Notes: a model not told the origin generated them from the letters alone. Numbered from the stretch's first letter, positions 28,572-39,847 are shown. The stretch: 64,000 nucleotides of DNA from an uncultured Acetatifactor sp. (GCA_947581865.1 CANPWA010000009.1:24706-88705); one strand, 5' to 3'. Made by a program: numbers and translations.

Positions 28572-28781
28572 ATGCCTTTAGTGTTGGCAAGCGCAGGCAG
28601 CCCCTGCATCATTAAAAAGATCGGCGGCAAGGAGGAGATTCGCCAGTTTCTGGAGAGTCTCGGTTTTGTCGTGGGAGGAGAGGTCACGATCGTGTCCGCG
28701 ATCGGCGGCAATCTGATCGTCAATGTAAAGGGTTCCCGGGTTGCCATCGGAAGGGATATGGCAGCCAAGATCATGGTATGA
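28572..28781 (+). CDS. feoA: ferrous iron transport protein A (FeoA, SH3-like)
   Basis: 69 aa. L..A..G....I..I.G pattern and GSRVAIGRDMAAKIMV are typical of FeoA. Confidence 0.85.
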   Translation: MPLVLASAGSPCIIKKIGGKEEIRQFLESLGFVVGGEVTIVSAIGGNLIVNVKGSRVAIGRDMAAKIMV

Positions 28782-28827
28782 ATCCGCAATATTGCCTGTC
28801 GTTTGAGGGGGCAGAAAGAGAGGGATC

Positions 28828-29049
28828 ATGAAAACATTGAGAGAAGCGGCAGTCGGGGAGACTGTCACGGTAAAAAAGCTTAGCGGGGAAGGCCCGGTCA
28901 GAAGACGCATCATGGACATGGGCATCACCAAGGGAATTCAGATTTATGTGAGAAAGGTTGCTCCTCTGGGAGATCCGGTGGAAGTCACGGTGCGGGGGTA
29001 TGAACTGTCTCTCCGCAAAGCAGACGCGGAAATGATCGAGGTGGAATAA
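28828..29049 (+). CDS. feoA: ferrous iron transport protein A (second copy)
   Basis: 73 aa. LREAAVGETVTVKKL...RRRIMDMGITKG...VRGYELSLRKADAEMIEV is typical of FeoA. Confidence 0.85.
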   Translation: MKTLREAAVGETVTVKKLSGEGPVRRRIMDMGITKGIQIYVRKVAPLGDPVEVTVRGYELSLRKADAEMIEVE

Positions 29050-29183
29050 AAAGGCGGGCGGAAGCTTAATTTTTTTGCCCATAAGTTAGGCACAACTAAT
29101 CCTGGATAGTAAAGACAAACCCAAAACGGTTATCAAGACAGATCAGGATGAACCAAAATAATCAGGAAAAGAGGAAGAGCAAA

Positions 29184-31586
29184 ATGTCGATTAAGATTGC
29201 CTTAGCCGGAAACCCCAATAGCGGCAAAACAACATTGTTCAACGCACTGACCGGTTCCAATCAGTTTGTCGGAAACTGGCCCGGAGTGACGGTTGAAAAA
29301 AAGGAAGGAAAATTAAGATCGGACAGGGAAATTACGGTCATGGATCTTCCCGGGATCTATTCCCTTTCCCCATACACTTTGGAGGAAGTGGTCGCGAGGA
29401 ATTATCTGATCAATGAGAGACCGGATGCCATTATCAATATTGTGGACGGCACGAACATAGAAAGAAATCTGTATCTGTCCACCCAGATCATGGAACTGGG
29501 GATTCCCGTGGTGATGGCGGTGAACATGATGGACGTGGTGTCAAAATCCGGCGATACCATTGACACGAAGAAACTTTCCGAGAAGATGGGCTGTGAAGTT
29601 GTGGGAATTTCTGCCCTGAAAGGGACCAATATCCAGGAGGCGGCAAAGAAAGCCGCAGCACTGGCAAAGTCAGGCAAAAAAACGGTGCCTGTACATAGCT
29701 TTGATCCCAGAGTTGAAGAGATCATCAGCAGCGTGGAGGAGAAACTCAGCGGTATCGCCGGGGAGCAGAAGAGGTTTTTTGCCATCAAACTGTTGGAGAG
29801 GGATGACAAGATTGCGGATCTGATGCCTTCTGTTCCCGATGTGAGCGTTGAGTGCAAGGCGCTGGAGGATGCCTTTGACGATGACGCGGAGTCTGTCATC
29901 ACCAACGAGAGATACCTGTATATCTCCTCCGTGGTCAGGAGCTGCTGTGTGAAAGCGGACAAAGAGAAACTGACCCTGTCCGACAAGATTGACAGGGTCG
30001 TGACAAACAGAATCCTGGCGCTGCCTGTCTTTGCGGCAGTGATGTTTATCGTGTACTATATCTCGGTCACTACCGTGGGAGGCTGGGTGACCGACTGGAC
30101 CAATGACGGTCTGTTCGGGGACGGCTTTCATCTGTTTGGAAACGGGAGCGCCGAGTATGATGAGGCGGTGACCGCCTATGCGGAGGACAATGTGTGGACA
30201 GATGAGGTGACCGCGGCTGTGGATGCTGCCGTGTCCGGGGGCGTGGCAGGAGCCGATGAGATTTTGCGCGCTATAGAGGACGAGGATTTCGGGGCGTTTG
30301 AAGAGGCCTACGGCACTTACGGAGAATCCCTGGCGGAAAAAGGATTTGATATTTCCGAGACGGTTGATGCGGCTATGGAGGCAGCCCCGGATACTGCGGA
30401 ATATGGCATCTGGGTCCCCGGCGTCCCTGTGCTTGCGGAGAGGGCGCTGGACGCCGTGGGCTGTGCCGGCTGGCTTAAAGGGCTGATCCTTGACGGAATT
30501 GTGGGAGGCGTGGGCGCCGTGCTGGGATTTGTGCCCCAGATGTTTGTGCTGTTTCTCTTCCTTGCCTTTCTGGAGGGATGCGGATACATGGCGCGTATCG
30601 CCTTCATCATGGACAGGATCTTCCGTAAGTTTGGTTTGTCCGGAAAATCCTTTATCCCCATGCTGATCGGTACCGGATGCGGTGTTCCCGGCATTATGGC
30701 ATCCCGTACGATCGAGAATGACAGAGACCGCAAGATGACGGTTATGACCACTACCTTCATCCCCTGCGGAGCGAAACTTCCCATCATCGCCCTGATCTGC
30801 GCGGCGCTGTTCGGCAATGCGGGATGGGTGGCCCCCAGCGCATATTTTTTGGGTGTGGCGGCGATCGTTATCTCCGGAATCCTTCTCAAGAAGACGAAAA
30901 TGTTTGCGGGAGATCCGGCTCCCTTTGTGATGGAGCTGCCCGCATATCATCTGCCCACGATCGGCAGTGTGCTCAGGAGTATGTGGGAGAGAGGGTGGTC
31001 CTTTATTAAGAAAGCGGGAACGATCATCCTGCTCTCATCCATTGTGATCTGGGCGGGATCCTGTTTCGGATTTGTTGACGGGCAGTTTGTATTTGACGCG
31101 GAGATGGAGCTGAATGCGAGTGTGCTTGGCATTGTGGGAGGCGCGGTGAGCTTTGTCTTTGCACCGTTAGGCTTCAACGAGACCAAGGCGACGATCGCTA
31201 CCATTATGGGTCTGGTGGCGAAGGAAGAAGTTGTGGGTGTGTTCGGCGTGTTGGATTTTGAGGGGATGAGCCGGATCGCAGGCTACTCCTTCCTGACCTT
31301 TAATCTGTTGTGTGCCCCCTGTTTTGCCGCCATGGGCGCCATCAGGCGTGAGATGAACAACAGGAAATGGTTCTGGTTTGCCATCGGTTATCAGTGTGTT
31401 TTCGCTTATGTGGCAGCGCTTATCATTTACCAGATCGGTGCGGCATTTACCGGAAACCTGAACCCGGTCGGGCTGATGTGTGCGATCGTGCTGATCGTGG
31501 GAATCCTCTGGCTGCTGGTGAGACCTTACAGGGAGGCAGAGACTCTGAAGATGGACAGCCCAAAGAGTGGAAAAAAGGCGGCATAG
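29184..31586 (+). CDS. feoB: ferrous iron transporter FeoB (G-protein + permease)
   Basis: Starts MSIKIALAGNPNSGKTTLFNALTG (G1), then DLPGIYSL and NMMD, followed by a large polytopic C-terminal domain. Start moved from 29148 to ATG 29184. Confidence 0.95.
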   Translation: MSIKIALAGNPNSGKTTLFNALTGSNQFVGNWPGVTVEKKEGKLRSDREITVMDLPGIYSLSPYTLEEVVARNYLINERPDAIINIVDGTNIERNLYLSTQIMELGIPVVMAVNMMDVVSKSGDTIDTKKLSEKMGCEVVGISALKGTNIQEAAKKAAALAKSGKKTVPVHSFDPRVEEIISSVEEKLSGIAGEQKRFFAIKLLERDDKIADLMPSVPDVSVECKALEDAFDDDAESVITNERYLYISSVVRSCCVKADKEKLTLSDKIDRVVTNRILALPVFAAVMFIVYYISVTTVGGWVTDWTNDGLFGDGFHLFGNGSAEYDEAVTAYAEDNVWTDEVTAAVDAAVSGGVAGADEILRAIEDEDFGAFEEAYGTYGESLAEKGFDISETVDAAMEAAPDTAEYGIWVPGVPVLAERALDAVGCAGWLKGLILDGIVGGVGAVLGFVPQMFVLFLFLAFLEGCGYMARIAFIMDRIFRKFGLSGKSFIPMLIGTGCGVPGIMASRTIENDRDRKMTVMTTTFIPCGAKLPIIALICAALFGNAGWVAPSAYFLGVAAIVISGILLKKTKMFAGDPAPFVMELPAYHLPTIGSVLRSMWERGWSFIKKAGTIILLSSIVIWAGSCFGFVDGQFVFDAEMELNASVLGIVGGAVSFVFAPLGFNETKATIATIMGLVAKEEVVGVFGVLDFEGMSRIAGYSFLTFNLLCAPCFAAMGAIRREMNNRKWFWFAIGYQCVFAYVAALIIYQIGAAFTGNLNPVGLMCAIVLIVGILWLLVRPYREAETLKMDSPKSGKKAA

Positions 31587-31647
31587 GTTTTGCCTCCCGA
31601 CGGAAACGCTGACTTCTTTTGTATAAAGTTCATATAATCTCCTAAAG

Positions 31648-31691
31648 ACAGGCATCCTGCGGAAAATGATTTCCGCGGGATGTCTGTTTTT
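31648..31691 (+). terminator. intrinsic terminator after feoB
   Basis: Long hairpin CATCCTGCGGAAA-AATG... wait-free description: arms CATCCTGCGGAAA and TTTCCGCGGGATG around a 4-nt loop, extendable by further pairs, followed by TCTGTTTTT. Confidence 0.65.
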
Positions 31692-31795
31692 GCGGGCAGA
31701 CGGGGCATGCGGCGCGCGCGGACCCGTAAAAGGTATAATCTGGAATAAAGTTTGGAAAACTTATTAAAATGTATCAATACAATATACCGTCTTAA

Positions 31796-33118
<1,323 letters not shown>

Positions 33119-33126
33119 ATCGGACA

Positions 33127-33176
33127 GCCGGTCAGGGAATGGATCCGCCAAAATCTCTGACCGGCTAAAATTTTTA
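33127..33176 (+). terminator. possible terminator after eno
   Basis: Stem GCCGGTCAG / CTGACCGGC (33127-33135 with 33157-33165), followed by an A/T-rich tract. The T-run is not contiguous. Confidence 0.4.
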
Positions 33177-33289
33177 TAAAAAATATATATTTATTTTGGA
33201 CAGTTTGTGATACAATTATCTGGTACAGGAAAATTTTGGCAGACAATACTGTTATTTTCCTGAAAATATTTCAGAGAAGGAGATATGCT

Positions 33290-34438
33290 ATGGCAAACAG
33301 GTTTGTACTGAACGAGACATCTTATCACGGTGCGGGAGCCATCTCGGAGATTGCCACGGAGGCGCAGGCGAGGGGGTATCGGAAAGCGCTGGTGTGTACC
33401 GGACCGGATCTGATCCGGTTTGGAGTGACGAAAAGGGTTACGGACGTATTGGACAAGGCGGGGCTGGTCTATGAGATTTATTCCGATATTAAGCCCAATC
33501 CCACCATTGAAAATGTACAAAACGGCGTTGCGGCTTTCAAGGCGGCAGGCGCGGACTATATCATCGCTATCGGCGGAGGTTCCCCCATGGACACCGCAAA
33601 GGGGATCGGCATGATCATCAACAATCCCGAGTTTGCGGATGTGCGCAGCTTAGAGGGCGTTGCGCCCACAAAGAACCGCTGCGTTCCTATCTTCGCAGTT
33701 CCTACCACGGCGGGCACCGCTGCGGAGGTTACGATCAATTATGTGATCACCGATGTGGAGAAAAACCGCAAGATGGTGTGCGTGGATCCCAAGGATATTC
33801 CCGTTGTGGCATTTGTCGATCCCGAGATGATGTCCACCATGCCTAAGGGGCTCACCGCGGCTACGGGAATGGATGCGCTGACCCATGCCATTGAGGGGTA
33901 CATAACGGCAGGCGCGTGGGAGCTTTCCGATATGTTTCATTTAAAGGCAATTGAGATCATCAGCAGAAGCCTTCGCGGCGCTGTGAACAACACCCCTGAG
34001 GGCAGGGCAGATATGGCACTCGGCCAGTATGTGGCAGGCATGGGCTTCTCCAATGTCGGGCTGGGGATCGTCCACTCCATGGCTCATCCTTTGGGAGCGC
34101 TGTACGATACTCCTCACGGCGTGGCAAACGCGATCATCCTGCCTACCGTGATGGAATACAACGCCGAGGCGACCGGGGAGAAGTACCGTGAGATCGCCCG
34201 GGCTATGGGGGTAAAGGGTGTTGACGATATGTCCCAGGAGGAATACAGAAAGGCTGCGATCGATGCCGTGAAGAAGCTCTCCCAGGATGTGGGGATCCCC
34301 GCTGACTTAAAAGAGATCGTGAAAAGGGAAGACATTCCGTTCCTTGCCCAGTCGGCTTACGATGATGCCTGCAGACCGGGCAACCCGAAAGAGACCAGTG
34401 TGGAGGATATCACAAAACTCTATGAGTCTTTGATGTAA
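33290..34438 (+). CDS. fucO: iron-containing (group III) alcohol dehydrogenase, lactaldehyde reductase-like
   Basis: MANRFVLNETSYHGAGA... and ADYIIAIGGGSPMDTAKG closely parallel E. coli FucO as I recall it. Metal-binding His residues are in LTHAIEGY and HSMAHPLG. Start moved from 33236 to ATG 33290 (AAGGAG RBS). Confidence 0.7.
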   Translation: MANRFVLNETSYHGAGAISEIATEAQARGYRKALVCTGPDLIRFGVTKRVTDVLDKAGLVYEIYSDIKPNPTIENVQNGVAAFKAAGADYIIAIGGGSPMDTAKGIGMIINNPEFADVRSLEGVAPTKNRCVPIFAVPTTAGTAAEVTINYVITDVEKNRKMVCVDPKDIPVVAFVDPEMMSTMPKGLTAATGMDALTHAIEGYITAGAWELSDMFHLKAIEIISRSLRGAVNNTPEGRADMALGQYVAGMGFSNVGLGIVHSMAHPLGALYDTPHGVANAIILPTVMEYNAEATGEKYREIARAMGVKGVDDMSQEEYRKAAIDAVKKLSQDVGIPADLKEIVKREDIPFLAQSAYDDACRPGNPKETSVEDITKLYESLM

Positions 34439-34448
34439 ACAGGACGGT

Positions 34449-34520
34449 AAATACCCTGCCTCTTACTTCTGTCCGGGAGGAAAGCCCGTGGAGGCAGTTC
34501 AAAGAGGCAGGGTATTTTTG
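34449..34520 (+). terminator. terminator-like long hairpin after fucO-like gene
   Basis: AAATACCCTGCCTCT (34449-34463) pairs with AGAGGCAGGGTATTT (34503-34517), then TTTG. The large internal loop has an alternative GAGGCAG pairing. Confidence 0.5.
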
Positions 34521-34591
34521 TGCTTGCCAAGTTCTGCATTTTGCTTTATGCTATAAATAGGTGCTCTTTGACAGATCGAGCGGAGGATGGA

Positions 34592-36352
34592 ATGGAAGCA
34601 GGCAGCAAAAAACGGGAGGAACGGTTCAGGGATTCCTCCGGGATTTTCTGGATTCTTACGGCAGCTTTGGCGGCCTATACAGTGAAGAGCATTTTTGTGG
34701 GAGCGGACATTGACGAGGCGTATGGCGTGACTCTCGGCTACCGTCTGGTGCAGGGTGACCGGCTGTTGTGGGATATGTGGGAGCCCCATCAGACCTCCGC
34801 AGTCTTTACGGCGCTGTTCATTCGTCTGATTCTTCTTTTCACGGGCGGAAGTCTGAATTTTTTGACGATTCTTTTGAGGGTATGTTTTTTTCTGGTGCAG
34901 GCGGGTATCACTCTGTATCTTGGCAAATGTTTTCGGGACTGCCTGCCTTTCTTAAGTTGGCAGGAGCGGACGCTTTTTGCCATGGCTTATTTTATCACCA
35001 CCCCCAAGTGCATATATGTACCGGAGTATTCCAATCTGCACATGTGGTTTTCCACTCTGCTCGCATTGTTTCTGATGCAGTATTTCTGCCGGGCATCCCA
35101 CAATCACGGAAAGATGCGCTATCTGATGCTGGCGGGAGCCATGCTTGCCTGTGATGTTCTGGCTTATCCTTCGATGGTTCTTTTTTATCCGGTCTGCGCG
35201 GGATTCCTTCTGTGGAACCCATCCGTGAAACGGAATCGGCCGGGGCAGCTTGCCGTTTTTACCCTGCCCTGCGCAGCGGGGGGATGTGCCTTTCTGGCTT
35301 ACATACTGAGTTATATGAGCCCCGGGCAGATTTTGACGGTGCTTCCTCATATTATTGGGGACGGTTCCCATCAGATGACGTGGATGGAAAAACTGGGCAC
35401 CTGGGGAATGGGAATCGGTGAGATCGCGCTGATGACCGCAGGCTGCGGTCTGGTGGCAGTGCTGTTGGTGTTCGTGGCCGGACAGGTCAGAAAGCGGCAT
35501 GGCGCGGGCAGGCCGGATGCGGGTGTCGACTGGCTGTTCTGGTGGTTTGCGGTGCAGACGATCTTTCAGATCCTGTACTGGTTTCATACGGATTATAATT
35601 CCGGTTATCCCCAGCTTCCCTACTCGGCAGTGGCAGTATTTGCACTCTTCTGCCTGCGCGGCAGCAGGGATAAGAGCAGGACCGCGCAGTGTCTGATGGG
35701 GATGACGGCGCTTAATTTTGTGGGGCTGAATCTTTTTTCAAACTGGGGTCCGGTGTCGCTGACGGTGTATCTGGTGACAGGGCTTTTGGGAGGATTCTTA
35801 TGCTGGCGTCAGTATTTTTGGGAAAAGCGCGGTGAGGCGGGGTTAAAACTCATGCGCGTGATTTTGCTGATGTTTCTTTTCAGCGAGGTGTTTGGACGCA
35901 GTCTTCTGATGATAGGCGGCGATGAGGGAAGCAGTATGACCTTTCAGGTGAGGGGCATCAGCCGGGAGGGGGTCCGGGGTGGAATCCTGACGTCCTACAT
36001 GAATTCTTACCGGTATAACAACAATTATGAACTGTTTCCCGAAATTGTGCCCCCGGGCAGTATGGTTTTGTATCTGGGACCTTCGCAGTTTTATTATATG
36101 ATGGGAGACTGCCGTATCGCGTCCCCCACGACCATCAGTACGCCGGAGTATGATGAAAGCCTGGAGTTTTACTATAAACTGCATCCCGAGCGGTTTCCCG
36201 ATGTGGTAGTCATGGAGAGCTGCTATGGGGATGTCTCTTACTTTGGTGAGGACGATTATATCTTCCGGTGGCTGGAAAGGGACTTTGGTCCGTATGAGAT
36301 GGAGGATTATCCCTATGTGCGGGTATACCGTAGGCTTAAGGGTTCACCGTGA
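34592..36352 (+). CDS. polytopic membrane protein, GT-C-fold glycosyltransferase-like (ArnT/PMT-like)
   Basis: About 11 or more hydrophobic segments. An acidic DIDEAYG motif follows the first TM helix, as in GT-C enzymes, and there is a soluble C-terminal ~150 aa. Start moved from 34520 to ATG 34592 (GGAGG 5 nt upstream). Confidence 0.55.
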   Translation: MEAGSKKREERFRDSSGIFWILTAALAAYTVKSIFVGADIDEAYGVTLGYRLVQGDRLLWDMWEPHQTSAVFTALFIRLILLFTGGSLNFLTILLRVCFFLVQAGITLYLGKCFRDCLPFLSWQERTLFAMAYFITTPKCIYVPEYSNLHMWFSTLLALFLMQYFCRASHNHGKMRYLMLAGAMLACDVLAYPSMVLFYPVCAGFLLWNPSVKRNRPGQLAVFTLPCAAGGCAFLAYILSYMSPGQILTVLPHIIGDGSHQMTWMEKLGTWGMGIGEIALMTAGCGLVAVLLVFVAGQVRKRHGAGRPDAGVDWLFWWFAVQTIFQILYWFHTDYNSGYPQLPYSAVAVFALFCLRGSRDKSRTAQCLMGMTALNFVGLNLFSNWGPVSLTVYLVTGLLGGFLCWRQYFWEKRGEAGLKLMRVILLMFLFSEVFGRSLLMIGGDEGSSMTFQVRGISREGVRGGILTSYMNSYRYNNNYELFPEIVPPGSMVLYLGPSQFYYMMGDCRIASPTTISTPEYDESLEFYYKLHPERFPDVVVMESCYGDVSYFGEDDYIFRWLERDFGPYEMEDYPYVRVYRRLKGSP

Positions 36353-36427
36353 AAGAAGAAACTGCCGGCATGTGAATGCTTTGTGCGGCAGGATTGACAT
36401 AGAGAGAAAAAGATAAGGAGGAATGGA

Positions 36428-37774
36428 ATGAAGAAAAATGAGATCTATTACGGCGATTATGCGGAGCTCTGCCGGGAGGCAGACAAGATCGATTCCGTGT
36501 TGTTTGACAAATTTGACGTGCAGAGAGGGCTGCGTGATAAGAACGGAAATGGTGTAGTCACGGGGCTTACCAATGTATCCAGAATTGAATCCTTTAAGAT
36601 GGTGGACGGAGTCAAGACCCCCTGTGAGGGCAGGCTGTGGTACAGAGGCTATGACTGTATCGAGCTGGTCAACGGTTTCCGGCAGAAGCGGTATGGGTTT
36701 GAGGAAGTGGCGTATCTGCTGCTCTTTGGGGATCTGCCTGCGGAGGAGGAGCTGAAACAGTTCCGGCATGTGCTCACATCGGAGCGGACCCTGCCCACGA
36801 ACTTTACCCGGGATGTCATTATGAAGGCTCCCAGCAGTGATATCATGAATTCCATGACCAGAAGCGTTCTGACGCTGGCTTCCTATGACAAAAACTGCAA
36901 CGACACCTCCATCGAGAATGTACTGCGGCAGTGCATGGGGCTGATCAGTCTGTTCCCTGTGCTGGCGGTTTACGGGTATCATGCTTACAACCATTATGAG
37001 AATGACGACAGCATGTATATCCACCGCCCCTCCAAGAAACTCTCCACGGCGGAAAATATCTTAATGCTGCTGCGCCCGGACAAGAAATACACGGAGCTGG
37101 AAGCGAGAGTGCTGGATATCGCGCTGGTGCTGCATATGGAACACGGCGGGGGCAATAATTCTACCTTTACCACCCGCGTGGTGACCTCCTCGGGATCCGA
37201 CACCTATTCGGTGATCGCAGCGGCGCTTTCCTCCCTCAAGGGACCCAAACACGGCGGCGCCAACATCAAGGTGGTGGAGATGATGAGGGATCTGGAGGCG
37301 AATGTCTCGGACTGGGCGGACGAGGATGAGGTGCGCGATTATCTTCAGAAGATCCTCAATAAAGAAGCGTTTGACAGAAAAGGGCTCATCTACGGTATGG
37401 GGCACGCGGTATATTCCCTTTCCGATCCCAGGGCACAGGTGTTCAAGGGATTCGTGAAGAAGCTGGCGGAGGCAAAGGGGCGTCAGAAGGATTTTGCCCT
37501 TTATTCCATGATCGAGCGCATGGCGCCGGAGCTGATCGCGCAGAAATCCCGTATCTACAAAGGAGTCAGCGCCAATGTGGACTTCTACAGCGGCTTTGTG
37601 TACAGTATGCTGGAGATCCCGCTGGAACTCTATACGCCGCTCTTTGCCATCGCGCGGATCGTGGGCTGGAGCGCCCACCGCATTGAAGAACTGGTGAATA
37701 TGGACAAGATCATCCGCCCCGCATACAAGAGTGTGATGGGAGAGAAAGAATACATTCCCATGGAAGACAGATGA
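36428..37774 (+). CDS. citrate synthase family protein
   Basis: LVLHMEHGGGNNSTF, LKGPKHGGAN and GMGHAVY blocks are typical of citrate/2-methylcitrate synthases. Confidence 0.9.
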   Translation: MKKNEIYYGDYAELCREADKIDSVLFDKFDVQRGLRDKNGNGVVTGLTNVSRIESFKMVDGVKTPCEGRLWYRGYDCIELVNGFRQKRYGFEEVAYLLLFGDLPAEEELKQFRHVLTSERTLPTNFTRDVIMKAPSSDIMNSMTRSVLTLASYDKNCNDTSIENVLRQCMGLISLFPVLAVYGYHAYNHYENDDSMYIHRPSKKLSTAENILMLLRPDKKYTELEARVLDIALVLHMEHGGGNNSTFTTRVVTSSGSDTYSVIAAALSSLKGPKHGGANIKVVEMMRDLEANVSDWADEDEVRDYLQKILNKEAFDRKGLIYGMGHAVYSLSDPRAQVFKGFVKKLAEAKGRQKDFALYSMIERMAPELIAQKSRIYKGVSANVDFYSGFVYSMLEIPLELYTPLFAIARIVGWSAHRIEELVNMDKIIRPAYKSVMGEKEYIPMEDR

Positions 37775-37815
37775 TCCTCCTAAGGGACCAAAGGGATATT
37801 CTGTCGGATTGTGAG

Positions 37816-37846
37816 AGCTGCCGCAGATTCTGGGGCAGCTTTTTGT
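37816..37846 (+). terminator. intrinsic terminator after citrate synthase
   Basis: AGCTGCC / GGCAGCT stem (37816-37822 with 37834-37840), followed by TTTTGT. Confidence 0.6.
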
Positions 37847-37933
37847 ATACCACAAACGGTTTCAGACATAATACATACGAGGTATTGCAGTCTGGAGGAG
37901 ATGTGGTAAAATATGAGAATATGGAGGATGCTT

Positions 37934-39112
37934 ATGTCGGACACAATTCACAGTTATCTGAAAGAATATGGTGATATTCCGTTTTCGGAGCTGCCCATGA
38001 ATGATGTGGACAGCCTGGTGTTGTGTCAGTTTGCCTATCTGAAATTTGACGGGCTGGTGCCGGGGATCCGGGAGGATAAGCCCTCCGTGACACTTGCCCG
38101 GCTGCCCCGGCTTCCACAGTGGGAGAGGCTCTTTGCGGATGAGCGCTTTGAGAAGGACAACCGGGAACTCTTTGAGGAAATGCTTGCGGGCAGACGCTTT
38201 TGCAATATCCGTCTCAACTGTCATGTCAATATGGTGGAGAAAGAGTGGGAGACGCAGTTTGCGGCAGTCACCTGTATCCTGGAGGACGGGACGATTTATG
38301 TGGCTTTCAGGGGGACGGATGAGACCATCGTCGGATGGAAAGAGGATTTTAACATGGCATTTCTCACTCCGGTACCCTGTCAGGCCCTGAGTGTGAAATA
38401 TCTGAATATGGTGACGGAACGATTTTCCAATCCCTTTTATGTGGGAGGGCATTCCAAGGGAGGGAATCTTGCGGTGTACAGCGCCATGAACTGTGTGCCC
38501 GGCGTACAGGACAGGATCCTGAAAATTTACAGCATGGACGGCCCGGGGTTCAGACCGGAAGTCCTCAGAAAATGCGGTTATGACCGTATTGCGGACAGGG
38601 TGGTGAAGCTTCTGCCCCACTCGTCCATGATCGGTATGATCTTTGAGTGGGATACCCGATACCGTGTAGTGGAATCCCGCAGTTTCGGGCTGGCGCAGCA
38701 CAATCCCTACAATTGGAAGATCAAGGACGGCGGGTTTGTGTATGCGGAGGACATCTATGAGCGCGCAAAGCTCATGGACAATGCCATCAACGAGTGGATC
38801 ATCTCCCAGGATGAGGAGAGGATCCGTCAGTTTGTGGACACCTTGTATCAGGTGATCTCCGCCTCTGAGGCGGAGGATCTGATCGCCATGACCGCCGACT
38901 GGAAAAAGAGCATGAACGGGGTCATCTCTGCCCTCAAAGAAGTGGATGAGGACACGATGAAGATGCTCCAGGAAGTTATGAAAGAACTGTTTGAGCTGGC
39001 AAGGGCAAGGGTGAAGGAGGCGTTTTCCAAACCCTTTAAAAAGACTGTGGAGCTTGCAAAAGGCAGTTCCCATTCTCCAAAAAAGACAGAAGCAATCCCC
39101 CCGACAGCTTAG
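37934..39112 (+). CDS. Mbeg1-like / DUF2974 alpha/beta-hydrolase (lipase-like)
   Basis: The N-terminal DSLVLCQFAYLKFDG pattern, FRGTDETIVGWKEDF and the nucleophile elbow GGHSKGGNLA fit the DUF2974 family. Start moved from 37913 to ATG 37934 (GGAGG RBS). Confidence 0.7.
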   Translation: MSDTIHSYLKEYGDIPFSELPMNDVDSLVLCQFAYLKFDGLVPGIREDKPSVTLARLPRLPQWERLFADERFEKDNRELFEEMLAGRRFCNIRLNCHVNMVEKEWETQFAAVTCILEDGTIYVAFRGTDETIVGWKEDFNMAFLTPVPCQALSVKYLNMVTERFSNPFYVGGHSKGGNLAVYSAMNCVPGVQDRILKIYSMDGPGFRPEVLRKCGYDRIADRVVKLLPHSSMIGMIFEWDTRYRVVESRSFGLAQHNPYNWKIKDGGFVYAEDIYERAKLMDNAINEWIISQDEERIRQFVDTLYQVISASEAEDLIAMTADWKKSMNGVISALKEVDEDTMKMLQEVMKELFELARARVKEAFSKPFKKTVELAKGSSHSPKKTEAIPPTA

Positions 39113-39707
39113 TTTTGCCGGGATCGAGGCGCTCCGGGTGCCATTGCAGCCCTAAGATGGGAAGGGTTTCGTGGACGATCGCCTCGGGGCAGCCGTCCTC
39201 GCAGCAGCGCTGGATGATCCGCAGACTGCCGCCCAGCCTGTTCAGACATTGGTGATGGGCGGAGTTTACAAGTGCCCGGCTGCCGTACAGGGCATGGAGG
39301 AGGGTGCCGGGTTCCAGCCAGGTGTCGTGGTAGACATCTTTCTTTTCGGCGATGTGGAGCCGTGAGCGGGGCATATCCTGCAGGATCGTGCCGCCGAAAG
39401 AGATGTTGATGAGCTGCATGCCCTTACAGATACCCAGCACGGGAAGACAGTGCCTGACGCAGAACTCCAGCGCCTGAAACTGCAGGATATCCAGCTCCGT
39501 GTCGATATTTCTGGATCCTTTGTCCCTTTCGCCGAAGAAGGCGGGGGTGATGTCTCCGCCGCCGGGCAGCAAAAGCCCCTGGCAGGAGGAAATCTCTTTG
39601 GGGTTTAACGTGGTGAAGGGGATAAAATTGTTCCGGGCAAGGAAGCGCTCATAATTTGCGGTATCCTTTTTGCGGCCAAGTATGGCGATTTTCCTGTTTT
39701 GCGGCAT
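39036..39707 (-). CDS. class-I glutamine amidotransferase, peptidase C26 (gamma-glutamyl-GABA hydrolase-like)
   Basis: LLLPGGGDI, the nucleophile motif GICKGMQLIN, NSAHHQ and LGLQWHPE. The start is taken at the internal ATG (first base 39707); the upstream part of the track ORF is low-complexity and overlaps the divergent promoter region. Confidence 0.8.
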   Translation of the reverse strand: MPQNRKIAILGRKKDTANYERFLARNNFIPFTTLNPKEISSCQGLLLPGGGDITPAFFGERDKGSRNIDTELDILQFQALEFCVRHCLPVLGICKGMQLINISFGGTILQDMPRSRLHIAEKKDVYHDTWLEPGTLLHALYGSRALVNSAHHQCLNRLGGSLRIIQRCCEDGCPEAIVHETLPILGLQWHPERLDPGKTKLSGGLLLSFLENGNCLLQAPQSF

Positions 39708-39847
39708 ATTGCTGTGTCCTGTCTGTAAGGCTATACAGTAATATATGCAGAAGAAACGGAAAAAGTCAGACCGGAGGAAGGCAAAACAAAACGAAAAGAG
39801 ATCATAACAGAAGAAACAGTGACGGAATACATAATGGAGAGTTTTCA

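Noticed and set aside
29050-29147. Possible attenuator between the second feoA and feoB (GGGCGGAAGCTTAATTTTTTTGCCC)
   Set aside because: The stem is only 4 bp (GGGC/GCCC) and the T-run lies inside the loop, so it is not a convincing terminator. Only the AGTTAG...ACTAAT similarity to the upstream operator is noted, under the feo finding.
39656-39847. N-terminal 64-aa extension of the YfhO ORF
   Set aside because: It overlaps the start of the divergent amidotransferase gene and the shared promoter region. The canonical YfhO N-terminus begins at ATG 39848.
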